The notes under the pieces are model-generated. The model was not told the origin of the DNA, ran no database searches, and saw only the letters and a program-made list of their open reading frames with translations. This document shows, piece by piece, positions 44,453 through 55,787 of a DNA stretch of 64,000 bases; the stretch's first letter is position 1; each line of letters begins with the position of its first letter. The stretch comes from Antedon mediterranea (Eukaryota > Animalia > Echinodermata), in NCBI RefSeq assembly GCF_964355755.1, contig NC_092671.1, positions 22,089,317 to 22,153,316 on the forward strand. The letters are read 5' to 3'. The translations under genes and the position numbers were made by a program.

Positions 44453-47400
44453 AAAGGGCTAAGAATAGCTTCAAATCGCATTTGGAGACATTTTAGACCA
44501 ATTAGTGATTTTCGAAAAAACTTGGTTACACAAAAACATCAAAGTGGTTAAAATCACATTATAAACCGTTTTAGACCATTTTGAGCATTTCGATAACACT
44601 TTTCACACAAAAACATCAAAGTGCTTAGAATAGCTTCAAATCGCATTTGGAGACGTTTTAGACCATTTTGTGATTTTCGAAAAAAACTTTTTAACATAAA
44701 AACACCAAACTGCTAAGAATAGCTTCAAATCGCATATGGAGACAATTTAGACCATTTTGTGATTTTCGAAAAAACTTGTTAACATAAAAACACCAAAGTG
44801 CTTAGAATACCTTCAAATCGCATTTGGAGACGTTTTAGACCATTTTGTGATTTTCGAAAAAACTTGTTAACATAAAAACATCAAAGTGCTAAGAATAGCT
44901 TCAAATCGCATTTGGAGACATTTTAGACCAATTAGTGATTTTCGAAAAAACTTGGTTAAACAAAAACATCAAAGTGGTTAAAATCACATTATAAACCGTT
45001 TTAGACCATTTTGAGCATTTCGATAACACTTTTCACACAAAAACATCAAAGTGCTTAGAATAGCTTCAAATCGCATTTGGAGACGTTTTAGACCATTTTG
45101 TGATTTTCGAAAAAAACTTTTTAACATAAAAACACCAAACTGCTAAGAATAGCTTCAAATCGCATATGGAGACAATTTAGACCATTTTGTAATTTTCGAA
45201 AAACTTGTTAACATAAAAACACCAAAGTGCTTAGAATACCTTCAAATCGCATTTGGAGACGTTTTAGACCATTTTGTGATTTTCGAAAAAACTTGTTAAC
45301 ATAAAAACATCAAAGTGCTAAGAATAGCTTCCAATCGCATTTGGAGACATTTTAGACCAATTTGTGATTTTCGAAAAAACTTGGTTACACAAAAACATCA
45401 AAGTGCTTAAAATCACAATATAAAACCGTTTTAGACCATTTTGAGCATTTCGATAACACTTTTCACACAAAAACATCAAAGTTCTTAAAATAGCTTCAAA
45501 TCGCATTTGGAGACGTTTTAGACCATTTTGTGATTTTCGAAAAAAACTTTTTAACATAAAAACATCAAAGTGTACAGAATAGCTTCAAATCGCATTTGGA
45601 GACGTTTTAGAAAATTTTGTGATTTTCGAAAAAACTTGTTAACATAAAAACACCAAAGTGCTTAGAATAGCTTAAAATCGCATTTGGAGACGTTTTAGAC
45701 CATTTTGTGATTTTCGAAAAAACTTGTTAACATAAAAACAACAAAGTGCTTAGAATAGCTTCAAATCGCATTTGGAGACGTTTTAGACCATTTTGTGATT
45801 TTCGAAAAAACTTGTTAACATAAAAACACCAAAGTGCTTAGAATAGCTTAAAATCGCATTTGGAGACGTTTTAGACCATTTTGTGATTTTCGAAAAAACT
45901 TGTTAACATAAAAACAACAAAGTGCTTAGAATAGCTTCAAATCGCATTTGGAGACGTTTTAGACCATTTTGTGATTTTCGAAAAAACTTGTTAACATAAA
46001 AACACCAAAGTGCTTAGAATAGCTTCAAATCGCATTTGGAGACATTTTAGACCAATTTGTGATTTTCGAAAAAACTTGGTTACACAAAAACATCAAAGTG
46101 GATAAAATCACATTATAAACCGTTTTAGACCATTTTGAGCATTTCGATAACACATTTCACACAAAAACATCAAAGAGCACAAAATAGCTTAATATCGTAT
46201 TTAAAAACGTTTTAAACCATTTTGAGCATTTCGACAAAACTTTTTCACACAAAACACCAAAGTGTACAGAATAGCTTCAAATCGCATTTGGAGACGTTTT
46301 AGACCATTTTGTGGTTTTCGAAAAAACTTGTTAATATAAAAACACCAAAGTACTTAGAATAACTTCAAATCGCATTTGGAGACGTTTTAGACCATTTTGT
46401 GATTTTCGAAAAAACTTGTTAACATAAAAACACCAAAGTTCTTAAAATAGCTTCAAATCGCATTTGGAGACGTTTTAGACCATTTTGTGATTTTCGAAAA
46501 AACTTGTTAACACAAAAACACCAAAGTGTTTAGAAAAGCTTCAAATCGCATTTGGAGACGTTTTAGACCATTTTGGGATTTTCGAAAAAACTTGTTAACA
46601 TAAAAACACCAAAGTGCTTAGAATAGCTTCAAATCGCATTTGGAGACGTTTTAGACCATTTTGTAATTTTCAAAAAAACTTGGTTACACAAAAACATCAA
46701 AGTGGTTAAAATCACATTATAAACCGTTTTAGACCATTTTGAGCATTTCGATAACACTTTTCACACAAAAACATCAAAGTGCTTAGAATAGCTTCAAATC
46801 GCATTTGGAGACGTTTTAGACCATTTTGTGATTTTCGAAAAAAACTTTTTAACATAAAAACACCAAACTGCTAAGAATAGCTTCAAATCGCATATGGAGA
46901 CAATTTAGACCATTTTGTGATTTTCGAAAAAACTTGTTAACATAAAAACACCAAAGTGCTTAGAATACCTTCAAATCGCATTTGGAGACGTTTTAGACCA
47001 TTTTGTGATTTTCGAAAAAACTTGTTAACATAAAAACATCAAAGTGCTAAGAATAGCTTCCAATCGCATTTGGAGACATTTTAGACCAATTTGTGATTTT
47101 CGAAAAAACTTGGTTACACAAAAACATCAAAGTGCTTAAAATCACAATATAAAACCGTTTTAGACCATTTTGAGCATTTCGATAACACTTTTCACACAAA
47201 AACATCAAAGTGCTTAAAATAGCTTCAAATCGCATTTGGAGACGTTTTAGACCATTTTGTGATTTTCGAAAAAAACTTTTTAACATAAAAACATCAAAGT
47301 GTACAGAATAGCTTCAAATCGCATTTGGAGACGTTTTAGACCATTTTGTGATTTTCGAAAAAAATTGTTAACATAAAAACACCAAAGTGCTTAGAATAGC

Positions 47401-50400
47401 TTAAAATCGCTTTTGGAGACGTTTTAGACCATTTTGTGATTTTCGAAAAAACTTGTTAACATAAAAACAACAAAGTGCTTAGAATAGCTTCAAATCGCAT
47501 TTGGAGACGTTTTAGACCATTTTGTGATTTTCGAAAAAACTTGTTAACATAAAAACACCAAAGTGCTTAGAATAGCTTAAAATCGCATTTGGAGACGTTT
47601 TAGACCATTTTGTGATTTTCGAAAAAACTTGTTAACATAAAAACAACAAAGTGCTTAGAATAGCTTCAAATCGCATTTGGAGACGTTTTAGACCATTTTG
47701 TGATTTTCGAAAAAACTTGTTAACATAAAAACATCAAAGTGCTAAGAATAGCTTCCAATCGCATTTGGAGACATTTTAGACCAATTTGTGATTTTCGAAA
47801 AAACTTGGTTACACAAAAACATCAAAGTGCTTAAAATCACATTATAAACCGTTTTAGACCATTTGAGCATTTCGATAACACTTTTCACACAAAAACATCA
47901 AAGAGCACAATATAGCTTAATATCCTATTTAAAAACGTTTTAGACCATTTTGAGCATTTCGACAAAACTTTTTCACACAAAACACCAAAGTGCTTAGAAT
48001 ACCTTCAAATCGCATTTGGAGACGTTTTAGACCATTTTGTGATTTTCGAAAAAACTTGTTAACATAAAAACATCAAAGTTTACAGAATAGCTTCAAATCG
48101 CATTTGGAGACGTTTTAGACAATTTTGTGATTTTCGAAAAAACTTGTTAATATAAAAACACCAAAGTGCTTAGAATAGCTTCAAATCGCATTGGGAGACG
48201 TTTTAGACCATTTTGTGATTTTCGAAAAAACTTGTTAACATAAAAACATCAAAGTGTACAGAATAGCTTCAAATCGCATTTGGAGACGTTTTAGACCATT
48301 TTGTGATTTTCGAAAAAACTTGTTAACATAAAAACACCAAAGTGCTTAGAATAGCTTCAAATCGCATTTGGAGACGTTTTAAACCATTTTGTGATTTTCG
48401 AAAAAACTTGTTAACATAAAAACACCAAAATGTTTAGAATAGCTTCAAATCGCATTTGGAGACGTTTTAGACCATTTTGTGATTTTCGAAAAAACTTGTT
48501 AACACAAAAACACCAAAGTGATTAGAATAGCTTCCAATCGCATTTGGAGACGTTTTAGACCATTTTGTGATTTTCGAAAAAACTTGTTAACATAAAAACA
48601 CCAAAGTGATTAGAATAGCTTCAAATCGCATTTGGAGACGTTTTAGACCATTTTGTGCATTTCGATGAAACTTGGTAACGCAAAAACATCAAAGTGCTTA
48701 AAATCACATTATAAACCGTTTTAGACCATTTTGAGCATATCGATAAAACTTTTTACACAAAAACATCAAAGAGCACAAAATAGCTTAATATCGTATTTGG
48801 AAACGTTTTAGAACATTTTGTGATTTTCGAAAAAACTTGTTAACATAAAACACCAAAGTGTACAGAATAGCTTCAAATCGCATTTGGAGACATTTTAGAC
48901 CAATTTGTGATTTTTGAAAAAACTTGTTAACATAAAAACACCAAAGTGCTAAGAATAGCTTCAAATCACATTTGGAGACATTTTAGACCAATTTGTGATT
49001 TTCGAAAAAACTTGGTTACACAAAAACATCAAAGTGCTTAAAATCACATTATAAAACCGTTTTAGACCATTTTGAGCATTTCGATAACACTTTTCACACA
49101 AAAACATCAAAGAGCATAAAATAGGTTAATATCGTATTTAAAAACGTTTTAGACCATTTTGAGCATTTCGACAAAACTTTTTTCACACAAAACACCAAAG
49201 TGTACAGAATAGCTTAATATCGTATTTAAAAACGTTTTAGACCATTTTGTGATTTTCGAAAAAACTTGTTAACATAAAAACACCAAAGTGCTTAGAATAG
49301 CTTCAAATCGCATTGGGAGACTTTTTAGACCATTTTGTGATTTTCGAAAAAACTTGTTAACATAAAAACATCAAAGTGTACAGAATAGCTTCAAATCGCA
49401 TTTGGAGACGTTTTAGACCATTTTGTGATTTTCGAAAAAAACGTGTTAACATAAAAACACCAAAGTGCTTAGAATAGCTTCAAATCGCATTTGGAGACGT
49501 TTTAGACCAATTTGTGATTTTCGAAAAAACTTGGTTACACAAAAACATCAAAGTGGATAAAATCACATTATAAACCGTTTTAGACCATTTTGAGCATTTC
49601 GATAACACATTTCACACAAAAACATCAAAGAGCACAAAATAGCTTAATATCGTATTTAAAAACGTTTTAAACCATTTTGAGCATTTCGACAAAACTTTTT
49701 CACACAAAACACCAAAGTGTACAGAATAGTTTCAAATCGCATTTGGAGACGTTTTAGAGCATTTTGTGATTTTCGAAAAAACTTGTTAATATAAAAAAAC
49801 CAAAGTACTTAGAATAGCTTCAAATCGCATTTGGAGACGTTTTAGACCATTTTGTGATTTTCGAAAAAACTTGTTAACATAAAAACACCAAAGTTCTTAA
49901 AATAGCTTCAAATTGCATTTGGAGACGTTTTAGACCATTTTGTGATTTTCGAAAAAACTTGTTAACACAAAAACACCAAAGTGTTTAGAAAAGCTTCAAA
50001 TCGCATTTGGAGACGTTTTAGACCATTTTGGGATTTTCGAAAAAACTTGTTAACATAAAAACACCAAAGTGCTTAGAATAGCTTCAAATCGCATTTGGAG
50101 ACGTTTTAGACCATTTTGTAATTTTAAAAAAAACTTGTTAACATAAAAACACCAAAGTTCTTAGAATAGCTTCAAATCGCATTTGGAGACGTTTTAGACC
50201 ATTTTGTGCATTTCGATGAAACTTGGTTACACAAAAACATCAAAGTGCTTAAAATCACATTATAAACCGTTTTAGACCATTTGAGCATTTCGATAACACT
50301 TTTCACACAAAAACATCAAAGAGCACAATATAGATTAATATCCTATTTAAAAACGTTTTAGACCATTTTGAGCATTTCGACAAAACTTTTTCACACAAAA

Positions 50401-53400
50401 CACCAAAGTGCTTAGAAAGTGCATAGAATAGCTTCAAATCGGATTTGGAGACGTTTTAGACCATTTTGTGATTTTCGAAAAAACTTGTTAACATAAAAAC
50501 ACCAAAATGTTTAGAATAGCTTCAAATCGCATTTGGAGACGTTTTAGACCATTTTGTGATTTTCGAAAAAACTTGTTAACACATAAACACCAAAGTGATT
50601 AGAATAGTTTCAAATCGCATTTGGAGACGTTTTAGACCATTTTGTGCATTTCGATGAAACTTGGTTACACAAAAACATCAAAGTGCTAAAAATCACATTA
50701 TAAACCGTTTTAGACCATTTTGAGCATTTCGATAACACTTTTCACACAAAAACATCAAAGAGCATAAAATAGGTTAATATCGTATTTAAAAACGTTTTAG
50801 ACCATTTTGAGCATTTCGACAAAACTTTTTTCACACAAAACACCAAAGTGTACAGAATAGCTTAATATCGTATTTAAAAACGTTTTAGACCATTTTGTGA
50901 TTTTCGAAAAAACTTGTTAACATAAAAACACCAAAGTGCTTAGAATAGCTTCAAATCGCATTGGGAGACGTTTTAGACCATTTTGTGATTTTCGAAAAAA
51001 CTTGTTAACATAAAAACATCAAAGTGTACAGAATAGCTTCAAATCGCATTTGGAGACGTTTTAGACCATTTTGTGATTTTCGAAAAAAACTTGTTAACAT
51101 AAAAACACCAAAGTGCTTAGAATAGCTTCAAATCGCATTTGGAGACGTTTTAGACCAATTTGTGATTTTCGAAAAAACTTGGTTACACAAAAACATCAAA
51201 GTGGATAAAATCACATTATAAACCGTTTTAGACCATTTTGAGCATTTCGATAACACATTTCACACAAAAACATCAAAGAGCAAAAAATAGCTTAATATCG
51301 TATTTAAAAACGTTTTAAACCATTTTGAGCATTTCGACAAAACTTTTTCACACAAAACACCAAAGTGTACAGAATAGCTTAAAATCGCATCTGGAGACGT
51401 TTTAGACCATTTTGGGATTTTCGATGAAACTTGGTTACGCAAAAACATCAAAGTGCTTAAAATCACATTATAAACCGTTTTAGACCATTTTGAGCATATC
51501 GATAAAACTTTTTACACAAAACACCAAAGTGCTTAGAATAGCTTCAAATCGCATTTGGAAACGTTTTAGAACATTTTGTGATTTTCGAAAAAACTTGTTA
51601 ACATAAAAACATAAAAGAGCACAAAATAGCTTAATATCGTATTTGGAAACGTTTTAGAACATTTTGTGATTTTCGAAAAAACTTGTTAACATAAAACACC
51701 AAAGTGTACAGAATAGCTTCAAATCGCATTTGGAGACATTTTAGACCAATTTGTAATTTCCGAAAAAACTTGTTAACATAAAAACACCAAAGTGCTAAGA
51801 ATAGCTTCAAATCGCATTTGGAGACATTTTAGACCAATTTGTGATTTTCGAAAAAACTTGGTTACACAAAAACATCAAAGTGCTTAAAATCACATTATAA
51901 AACCGTTTTAGACCATTTTGAGCATTTCGATAACACTTTTCACACAAAAACATCAAAGAGCATAAAATAGGTTAATATCGTATTTAAAAACGTTTTAGAC
52001 CATTTTGAGCATTTCGACAAAACTTTTTCACACAAAACACCAAAGTGTACAGAATAGCTTAATATCGTATTTAAAAACGTTTTAGACCATTTTGTGATTT
52101 TCGAAAAAACTTGTTAACATAAAAACACCAAAGTGCTTAGAATAGCTTCAAATCGCATTGGGAGACGTTTTAGACCATTTTGTGATTTTCGAAAAAAACT
52201 TGTTAACATAAAAACACCAAAGTGCTTAGAATAGCTTCAAATCGCATTTGGAGACGTTTTAGACCAATTTGTGATTTTCGAAAAAACTTGGTTACACAAA
52301 AACATCAAAGTGGATAAAATCACATTATAAACCGTTTTAGACCATTTTGAGCATTTCGATAACACATTTCACACAAAAACATCAAAGAGCAAAAAATAGC
52401 TTAATATCGTATTTAAAAACGTTTTAAACCATTTTGAGCATTTCGACAAAACTTTTTCACACAAAACACCAAAGTGTACAGAATAGCTTCAAATCGCATC
52501 TGGAGACGTTTTAGACCATTTTGTGATTTTCGATGAAACTTGGTTACGCAAAAACATCAAAGTGCTTAAAATCACATTATAAACCGTTTTAGACCATTTT
52601 GAGCATATCGATAAAACTTTTTACACAAAACACCAAAGTGCTTAGAATAGCTTCAAATCGCATTTGGAAACGTTTTAGAACATTTTGTGATTTTCGAAAA
52701 AACTTGTTAACATAAAAACATAAAAGAGCACAAAATAGCTTAATATCGTATTTGGAAACGTTTTAGAACATTTTGTGATTTTCGAAAAAACTTGTTAACA
52801 TAAAACACCAAAGTGTACAGAATAGCTTCAAATCGCATTTGGAGACATTTTAGACCAATTTGTAATTTCCGAAAAAACTTGTTAACATAAAAACACCAAA
52901 GTGCTAAGAATAGCTTCAAATCGCATTTGGAGACATTTTAGACCAATTTGTGATTTTCGAAAAAACTTTGTTACACAAAAACATCAAAGTGCTTAAAATC
53001 ACATTATAAAACCGTTTTAGACCATTTTGAGCATTTCGATAACACTTTTCACACAAAAACATCAAAGAGCATAAAATAGGTTAATATCGTATTTAAAAAC
53101 GTTTTAGACCATTTTGAGCATTTCGACAAAACTTTTTCACACAAAACACCAAAGTGTACAGAATAGCTTAATATCGTATTTAAAAACGTTTTAGACCATT
53201 TTGTGATTTTCGAAAAAACTTGTTAACATAAAAACACCAAAGTGCTTAGAATAGCTTCAAATCGCATTGGGAGACGTTTTAGACCATTTTGTGATTTTCG
53301 AAAAAACTTGTTAACATAAAAACATCAAAGTGTACAGAATAGCTTCAAATCGCATTTGGAGACGTTTTAGACCATTTTGTGATTTTCGAAAAAAACTTGT

Positions 53401-54674
53401 TAACATAAAAACACCAAAGTGCTTAGAATAGCTTCAAATCGCATTTGGAGACGTTTTAGACCAATTTGTGATTTTCGAAAAAACTTGGTTACACAAAAAC
53501 ATCAAAGTGGATAAAATCACATTATAAACCGTTTTAGACCATTTTGAGCATTTCGATAACACATTTCACACAAAAACATCAAAGAGCAAAAAATAGCTTA
53601 ATATCGTATTTAAAAACGTTTTAAACCATTTTGAGCATTTCGACAAAACTTTTTCACACAAAACACCAAAGTACTTAGAATAGCTTCAAATCGCATTTGG
53701 AGACGTTTTAGACCATTTTGTGATTTTCGAAAAAACTTGTTAACACAAAAACACCAAAGTGTTTAGAATAGCTTCAAATCGCATTTGGAGACGTTTTAGA
53801 CCATTTTGTGCATTTCGATGAAACTTGGTTACACAAAAACATCAAAGTCACATTATAAACCGTTTTAGACCATTTTGAGCATTTCGATAACACTTTTCAC
53901 ACAAAAACATCAAAGAGCACAATATAGCTTAATATCGTATTTAAAAACGTTTTAGACCATTTTGAGCATTTCGACAAAACTTTTTCACACAAAACACCAA
54001 AGTGCTTAGAATAGCTTCAAATCGCATTTGGAGACGTTTTAGACCATTTTGTGATTTTCGAAAAAACTTGTTAACATAAAAACACCAAAGTGCTTAGAAT
54101 AGCTTAAAATCGCATTTGGAGACGTTTTAGACCATTTTGTGATTTTCGAAAAAACTTGTTAACACAAAAACACCAAAGTGTTTAGAAAAGCTTCAAATCG
54201 CATTTGGAGACGTTTTAGACCATTTTGGGATTTTCGAAAAAACTTGTTAACATAAAAACACCAAAGTGCTTAGAATAGCTTCAAATCGCATTTGGAGACG
54301 TTTTAGACCATTTTGTAATTTTCAAAAAAACTTGTTAACATAAAAACACCAAAGTTCTTAGAATAGCTTCAAATCGCATTTGGAGACGTTGTAGACCATT
54401 TTCTGATTTTCGAAAAAACTTGGTTACACAAAAACATCAAAGTGGTTAAAATCACATTATAAACCGTTTTAGACCATTTTGAGCATTTCGATAACACTTT
54501 TCACACAAAAACATCAAAGAGCACAAAATAGCTTAATATCGTATTTAAAAACGTTTTAAACCATTTTGAGCATTTCGACAAAACTTTTTCACACAAAACC
54601 CCAAAGTGTAAAGAATAGCTTCAAATCGCATTTGGAGACGTTTTAGACCATTTTGTGATTTTCGAAAAAACTTG

Positions 54675-54678
54675 TTAA
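54675..54678. other. Left TTAA target-site duplication (partner at 55788-55791)
   Basis: Empty monomers have one TTAA (CTTGTTAACATA), while here TTAA flanks both ends. A TA duplication or no duplication are formally equivalent readings because the termini are A/T runs. Confidence 0.75.
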
Positions 54679-54706
54679 AATGGACCTGAAATGGATTTTC
54701 GATTTT
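54679..54706 (+). repeat. Left terminal inverted repeat (28 bp)
   Basis: AATGGACCTGAAATGGATTTTCGATTTT matches the reverse complement of 55760-55787 at 27/28 positions, with the first 17 bp perfect. Confidence 0.95.
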
Positions 54707-54824
54707 TTTCATTTTAGAATGATGTTTTGGGGGCTATTAGGTGTTGCTATAATGTATATTGTTACAAAATATAAATTGGCCCTTTTTGGGGAAAGCCCCA
54801 TTTGAAAATCAAAAAAATTCGCGG

Positions 54825-54834
54825 GTGACGTCAC
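54825..54834. promoter_or_regulatory. Perfect CRE/ATF-type palindrome GTGACGTCAC inside the transposon
   Basis: Contains the canonical TGACGTCA, and a near-copy GTGACGTCG lies at 55572-55580. Function is not shown. Confidence 0.35.
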
Positions 54835-55508
54835 TTTGCGAATATATTCCTATCCCTCCAATGGACAATTTGCAGTTTTTTGGCTATAACTCTTAAAAAA
54901 TGCTTGTGCATTTGCAGAAACGTATTTAGAATTTTTTTAGATAAAATTATTACCGTATAAACGGTTATTCATCGAGTATATGACGATTTAAAATCTTAAA
55001 ATCAACGGGTTTTTTCTGGCAATACCGAAGTTGGCCTGGCAACGTTGTCCGGGATACAGCTCCGTGCGCAATGATGCGTATCCATATTTTCCGTTCGTGT
55101 ATTTTGTATATCGTTCGTAATTTATACTGCTAAAATGTGTTAGTTTCTTTAGTTTTTAGTTTAGCAGAATTAAATTAGTAATATGAGATGATAATTTATT
55201 TGTCACGAATCAGGCAGTTCGAAAACGAATTTTATTCATATTTTACTTTGGCTTGACAATGAGCGCAGCAAGTTGTTGATATCGCTTTGGTCCTTGGATG
55301 CACATGAAACGGAGCCTCGCCGCATGATGTGGGTGGTGGATCGACTCCGCGCGCTGGATTGGGGGCCTAGGCCTAGTAAAGGTTTGGGAGGTAGGCCTTC
55401 TAAATTCGGGTTTTAGAACAAACGAAGTACATTTTAGGGACCTATATTTCAACAACATTAGATATTGAATAAATTAGTATTAGTGTCAACGCTTCGCGTA
55501 TCTTTCCA

Positions 55509-55604
55509 GGCCGTCGATCATTCACTGACTATCGGGCGGCATACACGCTCTCGATATCATCGTGTGTATATGTGACGTCGTGAATATAGAGGCTTCCGAC
55601 GGCC
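55509..55604. other. Long imperfect inverted repeat / potential stem-loop inside the transposon
   Basis: Nested complementary arms: GGCCGTCG(55509)/CGACGGCC(55597), ATTCAC(55520)/GTGAAT(55580), GAC/GTC, and ATACAC(55541)/GTGTAT(55564). Confidence 0.5.
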
Positions 55605-55759
55605 GTTGAAATAGAATATTGCAATGGCGTGAGTAATTTTCGCTAATTTACCATGGTATCTTAAAATTTCGTTTTTACTCAAAATACTATACATTTTGTT
55701 TTTATTTGTATGGGTTTGTGTTAATTTGATACATTTAAATAACATGTGTGAATTTCTTG

Positions 55760-55787
55760 AAAATCGAAATTCCATTTCAGGTCCATT
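55760..55787 (-). repeat. Right terminal inverted repeat (28 bp)
   Basis: AAAATCGAAATTCCATTTCAGGTCCATT; reverse complement is AATGGACCTGAAATGGAATTTCGATTTT. Confidence 0.95.

Larger units (their letters stand above)
1..54678 (+). repeat. Satellite DNA tandem array (88-bp type A monomers with interspersed 77-bp B and 87-bp C variants), left arm
   Basis: Monomer starts recur at 88-bp spacing (e.g. CACCAAA at 301 and 389). The core TTTTAGACCATTTTG is shared by all monomer types. B = CATCAAAGTGCTTAAAATCACATTATAAACCG... (77 bp); C = CATCAAAGAGCACAATATAGCTTAATATCGTATTTAAAAACG... (87 bp). Orientation is uniform and the array runs off the window start. Confidence 0.98.
54679..55787. mobile_element. 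Non-autonomous TIR DNA transposon (MITE-like, 1,109 bp) inserted at TTAA; Kolobok-like termini
   Basis: Unique sequence interrupts a monomer: CTTG-TTAA[AATGGACCTG...CAGGTCCATT]TTAA-CATAAAAA. It has 28-bp TIRs and no transposase ORF (longest ORFs 71-72 aa). The superfamily is inferred from termini only: TTAA plus 5'-RR ends typify Kolobok, whereas piggyBac ends typically start CC. Confidence 0.9.

Noticed and set aside
51391-52500. 1,109-bp duplication period equals the 1,109-bp element length
   Set aside because: The period is a sum of monomer lengths, the next unit is 1,197 bp, and there is no mechanistic link, so I treat it as coincidence.
54694-54706. TIR segment GATTTTCGA resembles satellite GATTTTCGAAAA (satellite derived from the element?)
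   Set aside because: Only 9 bp of AT-rich identity, and no other monomer similarity is visible in the element.
55243-55775. Two 71-72 aa minus-strand ORFs inside the transposon
   Set aside because: They are short with no recognisable DDE, HTH or zinc-finger motif, and one starts inside the TIR. A decayed fragment cannot be excluded without a profile search.
54679-55787. piggyBac, Helitron, LTR or SINE identity for the insert
   Set aside because: It lacks CC termini, TC...CTRR ends, TG...CA ends, a poly(A) tail and evident pol III A/B boxes. The TIRs indicate a cut-and-paste element.
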